DNA of 64,000 bases from Pecten maximus. Its lineage: Eukaryota. The stretch lies in NCBI RefSeq assembly GCF_902652985.1, contig NC_047020.1, positions 27,404,001-27,468,000 of the forward strand, written 5' to 3'. Shown in pieces: positions 24,150 through 36,348 of the stretch (its first letter is position 1; every line of letters begins with the position of its first letter). Below the pieces are notes generated by a model. That model was not told the DNA's origin. It saw only the letters and a list, made by a program, of their open reading frames with translations, and did not search any database. The position numbers and the translations under genes are program-made.

Positions 24150-26556
24150 AATACATGCAACCATATTATGTCTAGGTATGATAAAACGACAATTTGGTGT
24201 TGAACATTTTTTAAAGGTTCGAAACAAGGCAAACATTCATCCCGATTTTAATTTCCAATTGATATAAATGATTTAGAAGATTTAACTAATCATTAAAGGT
24301 TTTGTCCTTTGTTTTCCAGGTATTGGTACAGAACATATCTTACATATCTAAATGATTATAAGTATCATAACATATATCTACGCGAGTATAAAGATAACAA
24401 CATACATATATCTACGAGATTATATAGATAATAACAAATATCTACGCGTGTATATAGATTATAACACATTTCTATCCGTGTATATAGATTATAACATATA
24501 TATACCCGTGTATATAGATTATAATATATTTCTACCCGTGTATATAGATTATAACATATATCTAACCGTGTATATATATTATAACATATATCTACCCGTG
24601 TATATAGATTATAATACATTTCTACCCGTGTATATAGATTATAATATATATCTACGTGAGTATATAGATTATAACATATATCTACCCGTGTATATAGATT
24701 ATAATATATATCTACCCGTGTATATAGATTATAACATATATCTACCCGTGTATATAGATTATAACATATATCTACCCGTGAATATAGATTATAATACATT
24801 TCTACCCGTGTATATAGATTATAACATATATCTACCCGTGTATATAGATTATAACATATATCTACCCGTGTATATAGATTATAATATGTATCTACCCGTG
24901 TATATAGATTATAACATATATCTACCCGTGTATATAGATTATAATATATATCTACCCGTGTATATAGATTATAACATATATCTACCCGTGTATATAGATT
25001 ATAACATATATCTACCCGTGTATATAGATTATAACATATATACCGTGTATATAGATTATAATATATATCTACCCGTGTATATAGATTATAATATATATCT
25101 ACCCGTGTATATAGATTATAATATATTTCTACCCGTGTATATAGATTATAACATATCTAACCGTGTATATAGATTATAATATATAGCTATCCGTGTATAT
25201 AGATTATAACATATATCCATCCGTGTATATAGATTATAACATATATCTACGCTAGTATGTAAATTATAATATATATCTACCCGTGTATATAGATTATAAC
25301 ATATATCTACGCGTGTATATAGATTATCACATATATCTACCCGTGTATATAGATTATAATATATTTCTACCCGTGTATATGGATTATAATATATATCTAC
25401 CCGTGTATATAGATTATAATAGATTTCTACCCATGTATATAGATTATAATATATATCTACCTGTGTATATAGATTATAATATATATCTACCCGTGTATAT
25501 AGATTATAATAGATTTCTACCCATGTATATAGATTATAATATATATCTACCTGTGTATATAGATTATAACATATATCTACCCGTGTATATAGATTATAAT
25601 ATATTTCTACCCGTGTATATAGATTATAACATATCTAACCGTGTATATAGATTATAATATATAGCTATCCGTGTATATAGATTATAACATATATTCATCC
25701 GTGTATATAGATTATAACATATATCTACGCTAGTATGTAAATTATAATATATATCTACCCGTGTATATAGATTATAACATATATCTACGCGTGTATATAG
25801 ATTATAACATATATTTACCCGTGTATATAGATTATAATATATTTCTACCCGTGTATATATATTATAATATATATCTACCCGTGTATATAGATTATAATAG
25901 ATTTCTACCCGTGTATATAGATTATTATATATATCTACCTGTGTATATAGATTATAACATATATCTACCCGTGTATATATATTATAACATACAGTATATC
26001 TACCCGTGTATATAGATAATAACATATATCTTCCCGTGTATATAGATTATAACATATATCTACCCGTGTATATAGATTATAACATATATCTACCCGTGTA
26101 TATAGATTATAATATGTATCTACCCGTGTATATAGATTATAACATATATCTACCCGTGAATATAGATTATAATATATATCTACCCGTGTATATAGATTAT
26201 AACATTTATCTACCCGTGTATATAGATTATAATATGTATCTACCCGTGTATATAGATTATAACATATATCTACCCGTGTATATAGATTATAATATATATC
26301 TACCCGTGTATATAGATTATAATATATATCTACCCGTGTATATAGACTATAATATAGATCTACCCGTGTATATAGATTATAATATATATCTACCCGTGTA
26401 TATAGATTATAACATATATCTACCCGTGAATATAGATTATAATATATATCTACCCGTGTATATAGATTATAATATATATCTACCCGTGTATATAGATTAT
26501 AATATATATCTACCCGTGTATATAGATTATAATATATATCTACCCGTGTATATAGA

Positions 26557-27332
26557 GAATAATACATACCTTTTTCCATGGAAAAAGGTATGTTTTATTC
26601 AATTTATTGTATTCTTGGTAATAAATCACAGAACATTAATCAAAACAACAATTATAACTTGACAAGAAAAATCAGATTCAAATTTTTAATGTATTGAATT
26701 ATAAACACTTTATAATATTGAAGTTTTTTAAGTCTTTATGAAGTTCATATCTGTCAAATTTATAATGATTTCTAAATAAGTTCCTTTCCAAAGGTGTTTC
26801 TACCATGTCACTGATCAAGGATCAAGAATAAACATTGATTTGAATCAGTCAGAATCACTGTCAATTATCATCCTTGCTCTTTTCCTGCCCCTACATGTAC
26901 TTGCTACATGTACCCCGAGACCCCAATACAACAATTGGTTAACATCGGCTTGTACGACCTCTCCTATTGTAAAGTTTAAGTTATCAATATCCTCGGTTAC
27001 CATGTGTTCCATCTCGGCGAGATATTCTAGCTCTGCAATTCGTGCTGCAAGCGAATTTAAAATCTTCTCTCCCATGTCCTCATTCCTTCGTCTACTCGAC
27101 GCCATGTTGTTTGTTTTGGTTTCGCTGACAACACAGCACCTACGTCAAAACCCGAGAGACCCGAATAGTTTGATGAGACGCAAAATTTAGAGGTGTTCCG
27201 CGAAGAGGGCCAATACAGGGTTTGGGGTGCATTACTGAATCAATAATGCATGGGTAAGGATTACGGATCGGGAGATTTAGCGCCATAATGCATATGCAAA
27301 AAAACCTGTGTTTATTACTAAGTATACAATAA
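26557..27332 (-). mobile_element. 776-bp unclassified insertion flanked by ATAGA direct repeats (Crypton-like or Helitron-like non-autonomous element)
   Basis: The satellite unit is split at ATAGA (26552-26556 and 27333-27337). Perfect 30-bp palindrome at 26564-26593. No TIR, LTR or polyA tail. Confidence 0.7.
26845..27105 (-). CDS. Intronless 86-aa protein of unknown function carried by the insertion
   Basis: Strong start context AACAACATGGCG, non-repetitive and GC-richer than its flanks, amphipathic LNSLAARIAELEYLAEM, C-terminal RGRKRAR plus DSDSD, and two downstream AATAAA signals at about 26595-26610 on the minus strand. Confidence 0.5.
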   Translation of the reverse strand: MASSRRRNEDMGEKILNSLAARIAELEYLAEMEHMVTEDIDNLNFTIGEVVQADVNQLLYWGLGVHVASTCRGRKRARMIIDSDSD

Positions 27333-30004
27333 ATAGATTATAACATATATCTACCCGTGTATATAGATTATAATAGATTTCTACCCGTGTATATAGATTA
27401 TAATATATATCTACCTGTGTATATAGATTATAACATATATCTACCCGTGTATATAGATTATAACATATTTCTACCGGTGTATATAGATTATAACATATCT
27501 AACCGTGTATATAGATTATAATATATAGCTATCCGTGTATATAGATTATAACATATATTCATCCGTGTATATAGATTATAACATATATCTACCCGTGTAT
27601 ATAGATTATAACATATATCTACCCGTGTATATAGATTATAATATATATCTACCCGTGTATATAGATTATAATATATATCTACCCGTGTATATAGATTATA
27701 ATATATATCTACCCGTGTATATAGATTATAATATGTATCTACCCGTGTATATAGATTATAACATATATCTACCCGTGTATATAGATTATAATATATATCT
27801 ACCCGTGTATATAGATTATAATACATTTCTACCCGTGTATATAGATTATAACATATATCTACCCGTGTATATAGATTATAATATATATCTACCCGTGTAT
27901 ATAGATTATAACATATATCTACCCGTGTATATATATTATAACATATCTAACCGTGTATATAGATTATAATATATATCTACCCGTGTATATAGATTATAAC
28001 ATATATCTACCCGTGTATATAGATTATAATATATATATAACCGTGGATATAGATTATAATATATTTCTACCCGTGTATATAGATTATAACATATATCTAC
28101 CCGTGTATATAGATTATAACATATATCTACCCGTGTATATAGATTATAATATATATATAACCGTGGATATAGATTATAATATATTTCTACCCGTGTATAT
28201 AGATTATAACATATATCTAACCGTGTATATAGATTATAACATATATCTACCCGTGTATATAGATTATAACATATATACCGTGTATATAGATTATAACATA
28301 TATCTACCCGTGTATATAGATTATAACATATATCTACCCGTGTATATAGATTATAACATATATCTACCCGTGTATATAGATTATAATATATATCTACCTG
28401 TGTATATAGATTATAACATATATCTATCCGTGTATATAGATTATAACATATATCTACCCGTGTATATAGATTATAATATATATCTACCCGTGTATATAGA
28501 TTATAACATATATCTATCCGTGTATATAGATTATAACATATATCTACGCTAGTATGTAAATTATAATATATATCTACCCGTGTATATAGATTATAATATA
28601 TATCTACCTGTGTATATAGATTATAATATATATCTACCCGTGTATATAGATTATAACAAATATCTACCCGTGTTTATAGATTATAATATATTTCTACCCG
28701 TGTATATAGATTATAATATATATCTACCCTTGTATATATATTATAACATACAGTATATCTACCCGTGTATATAGATAATAACATATATCTTCCCGTGTAT
28801 ATAGATTATTACATATATCTACCCGTGTATATAGATTATAATATGTATCTACCCGTGTATATAGATTATAACATATATCTACCCGTGAATATAGATTATA
28901 ATATATATCTACCCGTGTATATAGATTATAATATGTATCTACCCGTGTATATAGATTATAACATATATCTACCCGTGTATATAGATTATAACATATATCT
29001 ACCCGTGTATATAGATTATAATATATATCTACCCGTGTATATAGATTATAACATATATCTACCCGTGTATATAGATTATAACATATATCTACCCGTGTAT
29101 ATAGATTATAATATATATCTACCCGTGTATATAGATTATAACATATTTCTACCCGTGTATATAGATTATAACATATATCTACCTGTGTATATTGATTATA
29201 ATATATATCTACCCGTGTATATAGATTATAATATATTTCTACGCGTGTATAAATATCTAATCACAGACTAAACACGTGAGTTTTAATCCATTCTTGAATT
29301 TGGTTTTCGACTACCTGGTAGCAGATAGTTAGCAGTTCCACAAAATGGTTTCCACCTTTCCGAAGCACATTTAACAACAAGTCATAGTACGAGAGTTTGG
29401 AATACAACACAGGGATTCTTTTTTCGGTCGTAGTGATCATGACGGCTGGTAGAAGGTGACACATCCCTGTAAATACTGAGCAACTATTCCATTTATTGCA
29501 TAACAATTCATAGCGAACATATCTGACGGTAAATCAGCAGGGAGAAGAGAAAATATATCCAGAAAAAAACCGTGATCTTCCTGTATCGACATAAATTTGA
29601 TCGTGGAAGACATCTAAAAGAAAAGCGACGAAAAGAGGGCCCCTGTAGAATTAATGTATCACTAACATTTCTCCTATTTAAGGGACGCTGAATGAAACAG
29701 TATTTAACATTAATTTGAAACAATGCCAAGATCTTTAATCTCCCATTTCTATCCTTCCTACCCCTCCGTTCTGTACTATGTGTTCTTATTTTAGCGCCCC
29801 TAGAAACAAGTCCTCCATATGACCCTAACTGCTACAAAGACACACTAAGGCATCGCAAACGACACAAATCTCCTCGCTTGCCAACAGCAACTCGTTCCAG
29901 GTAGCTCGTACCTGACTAATAAACAGGAATTATACGTCATTGTATGCCTCGATTGTCCCACTTTGTAAGGTTAAAGTCAAAATTAACAAAAAATTAAAAT
30001 TTAA

Positions 30005-30136
30005 NNNNNNNNNNNNNNNNNNNNNNNNNNNNNNNNNNNNNNNNNNNNNNNNNNNNNNNNNNNNNNNNNNNNNNNNNNNNNNNNNNNNNNNNNNNNNNNN
30101 NNNNNNNNNNNNNNNNNNNNNNNNNNNNNNNNNNNN
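30005..30136. other. Assembly gap (132 N)
   Basis: Run of N. Confidence 1.
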
Positions 30137-32704
30137 TGGAACACTCTGTATACATACAGTACAATACAGACATGTGTAAGTATTAATGCATTGCAAAACA
30201 AATGATTAAATTTCGCTAGTCTCAAATTCACCTAGATAGCCCAAGAAACACTCTTTCTACCAAATGATCAGAAAATATATCTGGTATATTATAGACTCAA
30301 TTCCAATTTGGCTATAAACTAATTTGTTAATCGGTTGGAGAAGCAATAAAGATTGTTAGGCCTATATCAATTTCCCTAAATCTAATGTTTTTGACCCGAA
30401 AATACTGCAAAAAATGCAACTAAATACCAGGTCTGTTTGGAATAACATTGATACTTTTTGGGAAGCTGTCCATATTGACAGCATCCTAATTTCGAGAGTC
30501 AATGGGCCAGAAATTATGTATGATATTCCGTAAATGAAGACTGTGTTGATATGTCCATTATGTGATCTAACTTCATACCAAGTTTGGATAAGGTTGGACT
30601 TACACTTTATTAGCAAAACGTTTCGAGGTATTCTCGCACTTGCTGACGATTTATCAAAATCTGTCATAAAATGAATTCGCCAGATCGATGACATTTTTTT
30701 TTAAAATGACTGTACATGTGTCATTGATCTTAACGTTGGTACCTTGACAAACAAGCTCGAGAGGATAACAAATCGGCAATTATATCTGTTCTACATTTCT
30801 CTCACCCCAGGAGGTATGTTATCTTGAATCAATGCCATGATTTCATGAGAACAATAAAATGTTATGGAGTGACATTACATCGCAGTAGCTGTAAACAAAA
30901 TACACTGTTTAAGGCATAATCTGACGACTATTGTTAATTAACACAAAGATACGAATAATGACGTCATCACTATTTGAAAGTACATATACATATATCCATT
31001 GTACTGACCCTATGTGCGAGCGGTTATTACACCATTTTAGTGGAAGTGGACTGCCGTATGTATTCATAAATAAAATATACACTTATACATCAGATATGAA
31101 CGATATACCACAATAGTTACTAGTACATTGTACTATAGGTATTCAGGTGAGTTAGTATTCAGTCAATAAAGGATCACTAGGTACAATCACAGTCGTTTGC
31201 ATCAGGTTAGTATTGATATAAAAAGCACATAGTTAGAGTAGGGGCTAATTTTTTTTCTATAGATACTAAATAGATGCAGACGCCTGTGGTACATTTATGA
31301 TGAATTGCATTTCTTTTCCCATTGCCCAATTAACCAATCAGTTAGGTCCAAGTTCTATCTACAGATTTCGGATATCTTTTATCCTGCTCTAAGTGAATCC
31401 GCGAATTTTACTAATACCATGTCGTCGTCAAATATAAAGAGCATACTTCAGACCTGTTAATTTACTAAACAGTCATTAGAGCTAAGGAACACAGATCCCC
31501 ATCCAGTTTGATTTAGTATATTGTATACATTTTATTGATAGTCCCATTCTGTCCATGTTTTACCATTAAGTTACATTTTTTATTACAAAAGTGCTAATAA
31601 AGTTTAATTGAATTGAATTTAAAGTGACATCACGTCGGTGAAATGATCTTATGCTACGAAAATAAAAGTAAACGGCAATCTTTTATTTTTCTGAACTGGT
31701 AAATGTTATAACGTTTATCTTAATGAGACACTTAAAAGTCCGAAGATAACTCAAAGTTCTTAAAAAGTAAACCACTTGAAAATGTTTTAACTTCGACCTG
31801 AAGTAGGAAAATTGATCGCCATAGCTAATGAACAAAACAAAATGACTGATGGCGGAAAGGTACATTGAAAACGGAATGGGCAAGGAAAAGGATGTCAATG
31901 ACAGTGAATATCATAAAAATTGGCAACCAGATGGAAAGATGGAGGAGAGCAAAGTAGGCCGCCTCGTTGAGTCGAACGAGGAATTCGCCTTGCTTCTAAT
32001 CGACACTCGACAACTTGTCAAGTTCCGTAATGTTGTATACTTAACAGTTATTCTGTAACTGGAATAGAATGATTGAGATTTCAGAGTACGTATACCCAGC
32101 GAAAACATAGTCACGTATCAAATCATTTTCTGTTTGAGGCAATTCATTAAATCTTAATCATCAAGTGAGTGAAATAAATGATATTTACAAATAAATTAAA
32201 AGCACGGTATCGTCAACTCATGAGGTATGTGAATTTATTTATCGATACATTCCACAATTTTATTTCCCGATGTGGAAAAGTAAACGGTGGCATTGTCCCG
32301 TTTAAAATACTACGCATGTCAATCAGCAGGCGAAAAAGCTTTAACTGCGCGTTTTATCGCGTGCACTTTTTCGTACAAAAAGCGCGAAAACAATTTCGGA
32401 CTTTATAAATATAAAGAAAGATTTTTGGGGGGTGAAATTTTGATGAATAACTGTGCAACTTATCTATTTAACTCTACAGTGACATTCCGGTTATCTGTAG
32501 TTAGACAACAAGGGGGGATTATGCCCCATTGACTTATTATTGTAATTACAATTTATTGATATATTGCGAATATTTATCCGTTTTTAAACACATTTTGAAT
32601 TATAATGGTTGGCACGTAACAGACATGTTGATTCCACAAGGTGGCCATAGTTCAATTCCTCGACTGAACTGTAATAACACGTACAGTACAATACACATTG
32701 TGGC

Positions 32705-34030
32705 ACCAAACACCATTTTTGTTATTGTATTTGATCGAGAAATCGTTATATGGGTCATATACAATGTATATATTTATATTCTATTCTATTTTTAGAGTGG
32801 GTTCAGGTATATATAGGTACAAGCTATGTCAAGGAGGGTTATGTATTGATCAGTATCCACATCAATTCAATTCTTTTATTTCATTTGGCCGTAGGCCAAT
32901 CAGTTAAATACAAACATTATACAAAATACAACATGGATATACCAGGCGGAGAGGTCACCCATGTCGTGCTGTCAACCAAAAACAAAAGCCAATGACTCTT
33001 TTCATTTCTAGCAAATCAAATGTTATCGAATGACTCTTTTTGGATCATAATTATCTCGTCATAACTAGACCATAACTTAAATAATGATATCAACCCACAC
33101 CGGTGTACTTCAGGGAGCACATTGGCCAAGGCGACCCGCTGAGGTAGACCAACCTTTTCAACAATCAAGCCATATATACAGACGGAATTTGAAGTTCACA
33201 CCTTTTCGCCTGTTTACACCCCAGTAAAACTATGTATTCACATACAGAAACAGAGAAGTTCTGAGTATGACTTTTTTGTTTAACACGGTATGTATGATAA
33301 AATACCCATGCCTTGACATTCTTATTTCTTTGGTGTAATGAAATACTGAAGAAATAAACGAACCGTAATAATAGGTACATTACACATTTTCGCACCCAGC
33401 ACTGTTTTGTTTTGTATTTTTATCGAGAAATCGTTAAATGGATGACATGACTAGCCCATTTTTATAGTGGGTTCAAATATGTATATAGGTATATACATAG
33501 CCAGGTTATGTAGGGTTACGCCAATATATTGATCAATATTCAATTCAATCCAATTCTTTTATTACCGTTGGCCTCACGGCCAATCAGTTAAACACAAATA
33601 TCTCACCGAGAAGTCACCCGGGTCGTGCAGTCAACCAAAATCAAAAGCCAATGGCCCTTCCCATTTGAAGCATGTCAGATGTAATCGAATGCATCTTTTT
33701 CTTCATATGATGTTAAAGCATTGTCGGGAGATTTGGACTGTCGCCACTAAATCAGAACTTGAATAATGACTTCGAACGACACCAGTGTATACATAATACA
33801 CATGTATATGCCACTTTAACAACGTCTAGCCAAATGTACAGACGGAATTTGAAACACACACCTTTTCGCCTGATTACACCCCAGTAGAACTATGTATTTA
33901 CATAAAGAACCAGATAAGTTCCGAGTATGACTGTTGTTTCACACAGTATATATTATCAAATACCCATGCATTGGCATTCTTCCCTTAGTGTAATGAAATA
34001 CTCTAAAAGAATCCATCACCTGAAGAAATA
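32705..34030. repeat. Diverged non-coding tandem duplication with a period of about 690 bp
   Basis: Colinear shared blocks in both halves: ATCGAGAAATCGTTA, GGCCAATCAGTTAAA, GTCAACCAAAA..AAAGCCAATG, CAGACGGAATTTGAA..CACACCTTTTCGCCTG.TTACACCCCAGTA. Confidence 0.85.
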
Positions 34031-35113
34031 AAATCATGATTGCTAGACAGTTATTTTACAATGAACCTCAACATGATGTTGTATGGCATGTGATAGACGT
34101 ATATTGAATTCACAATATATAATAGTAAATCAAAATCGTCACCTGGCTATCTATATGACAGCGCTAGCCCCAATCCGAACACCTTCGAAATGCTTCACAT
34201 ATATAGCCATAGGTGCAGGAATATGTCAGAAATCATGCATTTTATTCGCCATCAAAATGTTTCAAACATATTAGTATTACTTATTCCATTTGCCTATAAC
34301 AAGGAATCGTTTCTTTTATATTTAAACGTATTTTATTTGTCAAAACACAAATGAAATTAGACACAAATATAAAACTTATAAGCATAAATGATGAAATGAA
34401 TATGCATGACCGAAAATAATAAGGACAATTGATGATGATGTGGACATGTCAAAAATAGATATAAGATAAAATTTACCATATACATATGTCATATTATGAA
34501 GTCACTTGTACCCGCATGGCTGGATTGAATAAGAGTTAACTTACAATGTATAACTATGGAGATACATTTTATTATTATTATTATTTAAGTGCATTTAATT
34601 AAATTGCTTGCTCTAATAGAATTTTCAAATAGTATTCATTGTTATTAGGATCAACAATAGTGAATGCTGCACATATACACAAAACGTGCTGCGTGTATTC
34701 CAAATAAACTTCAATTATCAGAGTTAATGACTATATTATTGATTGACATATTCATATGTATGCATGTATGCAATTACAGATAATATAAATAAATATTCCA
34801 ACAGATTGCTAGCTTCGATAGACTCAGAATATTAAAATACATTACATTATGTTAAAATATCTTTCAAATAGCATCATGAAAAAAGAGATAGTAGAAAAAT
34901 TGAATATTAAATCCAAATATTTTATCAACTACGTTCTTTTTATCAATTTAAAATCGGATTTTAGTTGTAATATGGTACATAGAATAAAAAAAAAAGGCAC
35001 TGTAAAAATTTGTCCTCCCTTACGCTCAAAAATGATTTGAATATGGGAAATGCCTCTTAAAAGATTCAAATAGCCCGCTGAGGCAACTTTAAGGGCGTAT
35101 AGTAAAATATCCA

Positions 35114-36348
35114 TTGAACTCTGTTCAGGAATTTATTAGAAAAAATCAACAAACATTTAATCACGAACAAATTATTTTATTACCAGCTATACCCCTAAAT
35201 CTTAAACATATTCTAGTAAACAAAAAAGGTGCACACGAATTTTACAGAACCCTTTGTAAAAATAATTCAAAACCCACAGCTCAAAGAAAATGGTACCAGA
35301 TTTTTAATTTTAATGAAGAAACATGGAAAGAAATATACATCTCCCCTTTCAAAACAACCATTAGTTCGAAACTTCATTGGCTTCAGTATAGAATAAATCA
35401 CAGAACACTCACTACAAAGTCTTTTCTTTTTAAAATTGGTAAGTCGAATAACAATTGATGTTCCTTCTGTAAAACTCATCCTGAAACAATAACACACATA
35501 TTATGGGAATGTGACCATGTATCCAATCTTATTGAAAGACTTAGAATAAACATTATCAGTAAGAATCTTGGTTTAAGATTTAATAAACAAAAATTCATTT
35601 TTGGCACATTCATCAATAAGCAACAAAAGTTTAATTTAGACAACCTTATCATTTTAATTATAAAACAATTCATATACAAAAACAAATGCCTGGAAATAGA
35701 TCTAAATCTTGACAATCTAAAAAATCACATTAAATTTGAGTTAAGAGCACATAAAATTCTCATTTCAACTATGAACTATACAAATAAGAACATCATATTA
35801 CTCAAATAAACGATTGGTTACAAATTTAAGCTTGGTTCCAACACATCAATATTTCTAGATCTTTCAGAGTACAACAAACCATATAGGAAGTCAGTAGAGT
35901 GAGCAACTTATAAACAAATAACTGTAACCGAAATACTAATTCACTGATATTTGTTAGACCAGTCTACAATGTCCTTGTCCATATGTCCATGTCTTTATGT
36001 GTATACAGAAATCCATTTTGTTTTTGTTATTTGCTCATCTTGTCTTTGTTGTTGTTGTTCCCCCTCCCTCCAAATCTCCACCCTTATTCCAGTCTATTAC
36101 ATTCTTTGCTATTCTATAACGTTTCAATCAAAGATAAAGTCAGTATACTTTAATAATAAATCCAACTACCTCATTCAGTTAATCTAATACATTTTGTATA
36201 TCATAATATATTTTTATACCACCAGGGAGAATGCTATGTTGATGTAAAGTATATATTGTATGTAATGCTTTCCCATTTGTATATATGTATGTTATTGTAT
36301 GTCTTGTAAAAAAAAATCAAAATGAATGAAAAATAAATTTTTAAAAAA
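35114..36348 (+). mobile_element. 5'-truncated L1/Tx1-clade LINE (ORF2 zinc-knuckle C-terminus, 3'UTR and A-rich tail)
   Basis: KW..W..IY..PFKTTISSKLHWLQYRINHRTLTT..LFKIG, then a stop, then CSFCKTHPETITHILWEC (zf-RVT). AATAAA and an A-run at 36332-36348. Confidence 0.88.

Larger units (their letters stand above)
24350..29260. repeat. 30-bp AT-rich satellite (TATATAGATTATAACATATATCTACCCGTG)n, interrupted at 26557-27332
   Basis: More than 130 tandem copies; source of the (YIDYNIYLPV)n ORFs. Confidence 0.98.

Noticed and set aside
24352-29271. (YIDYNIYLPV)n ORFs and a CRISPR-like appearance
   Set aside because: Head-to-tail 30-bp satellite with no unique spacers and frequent frameshifts; eukaryotic context and no cas genes.
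29930-30231. ORFs containing X runs
   Set aside because: Artefacts of the N gap.
30200-30700. 110-aa minus-strand ORF, possibly a decayed coding fragment
   Set aside because: No recognisable motif or splice structure; cannot be assigned without a search.
31849-32058. 69-aa ATG ORF (MAERYIENG...)
   Set aside because: No recognisable domain or phase-compatible partner exons; likely chance or transposon remnant.
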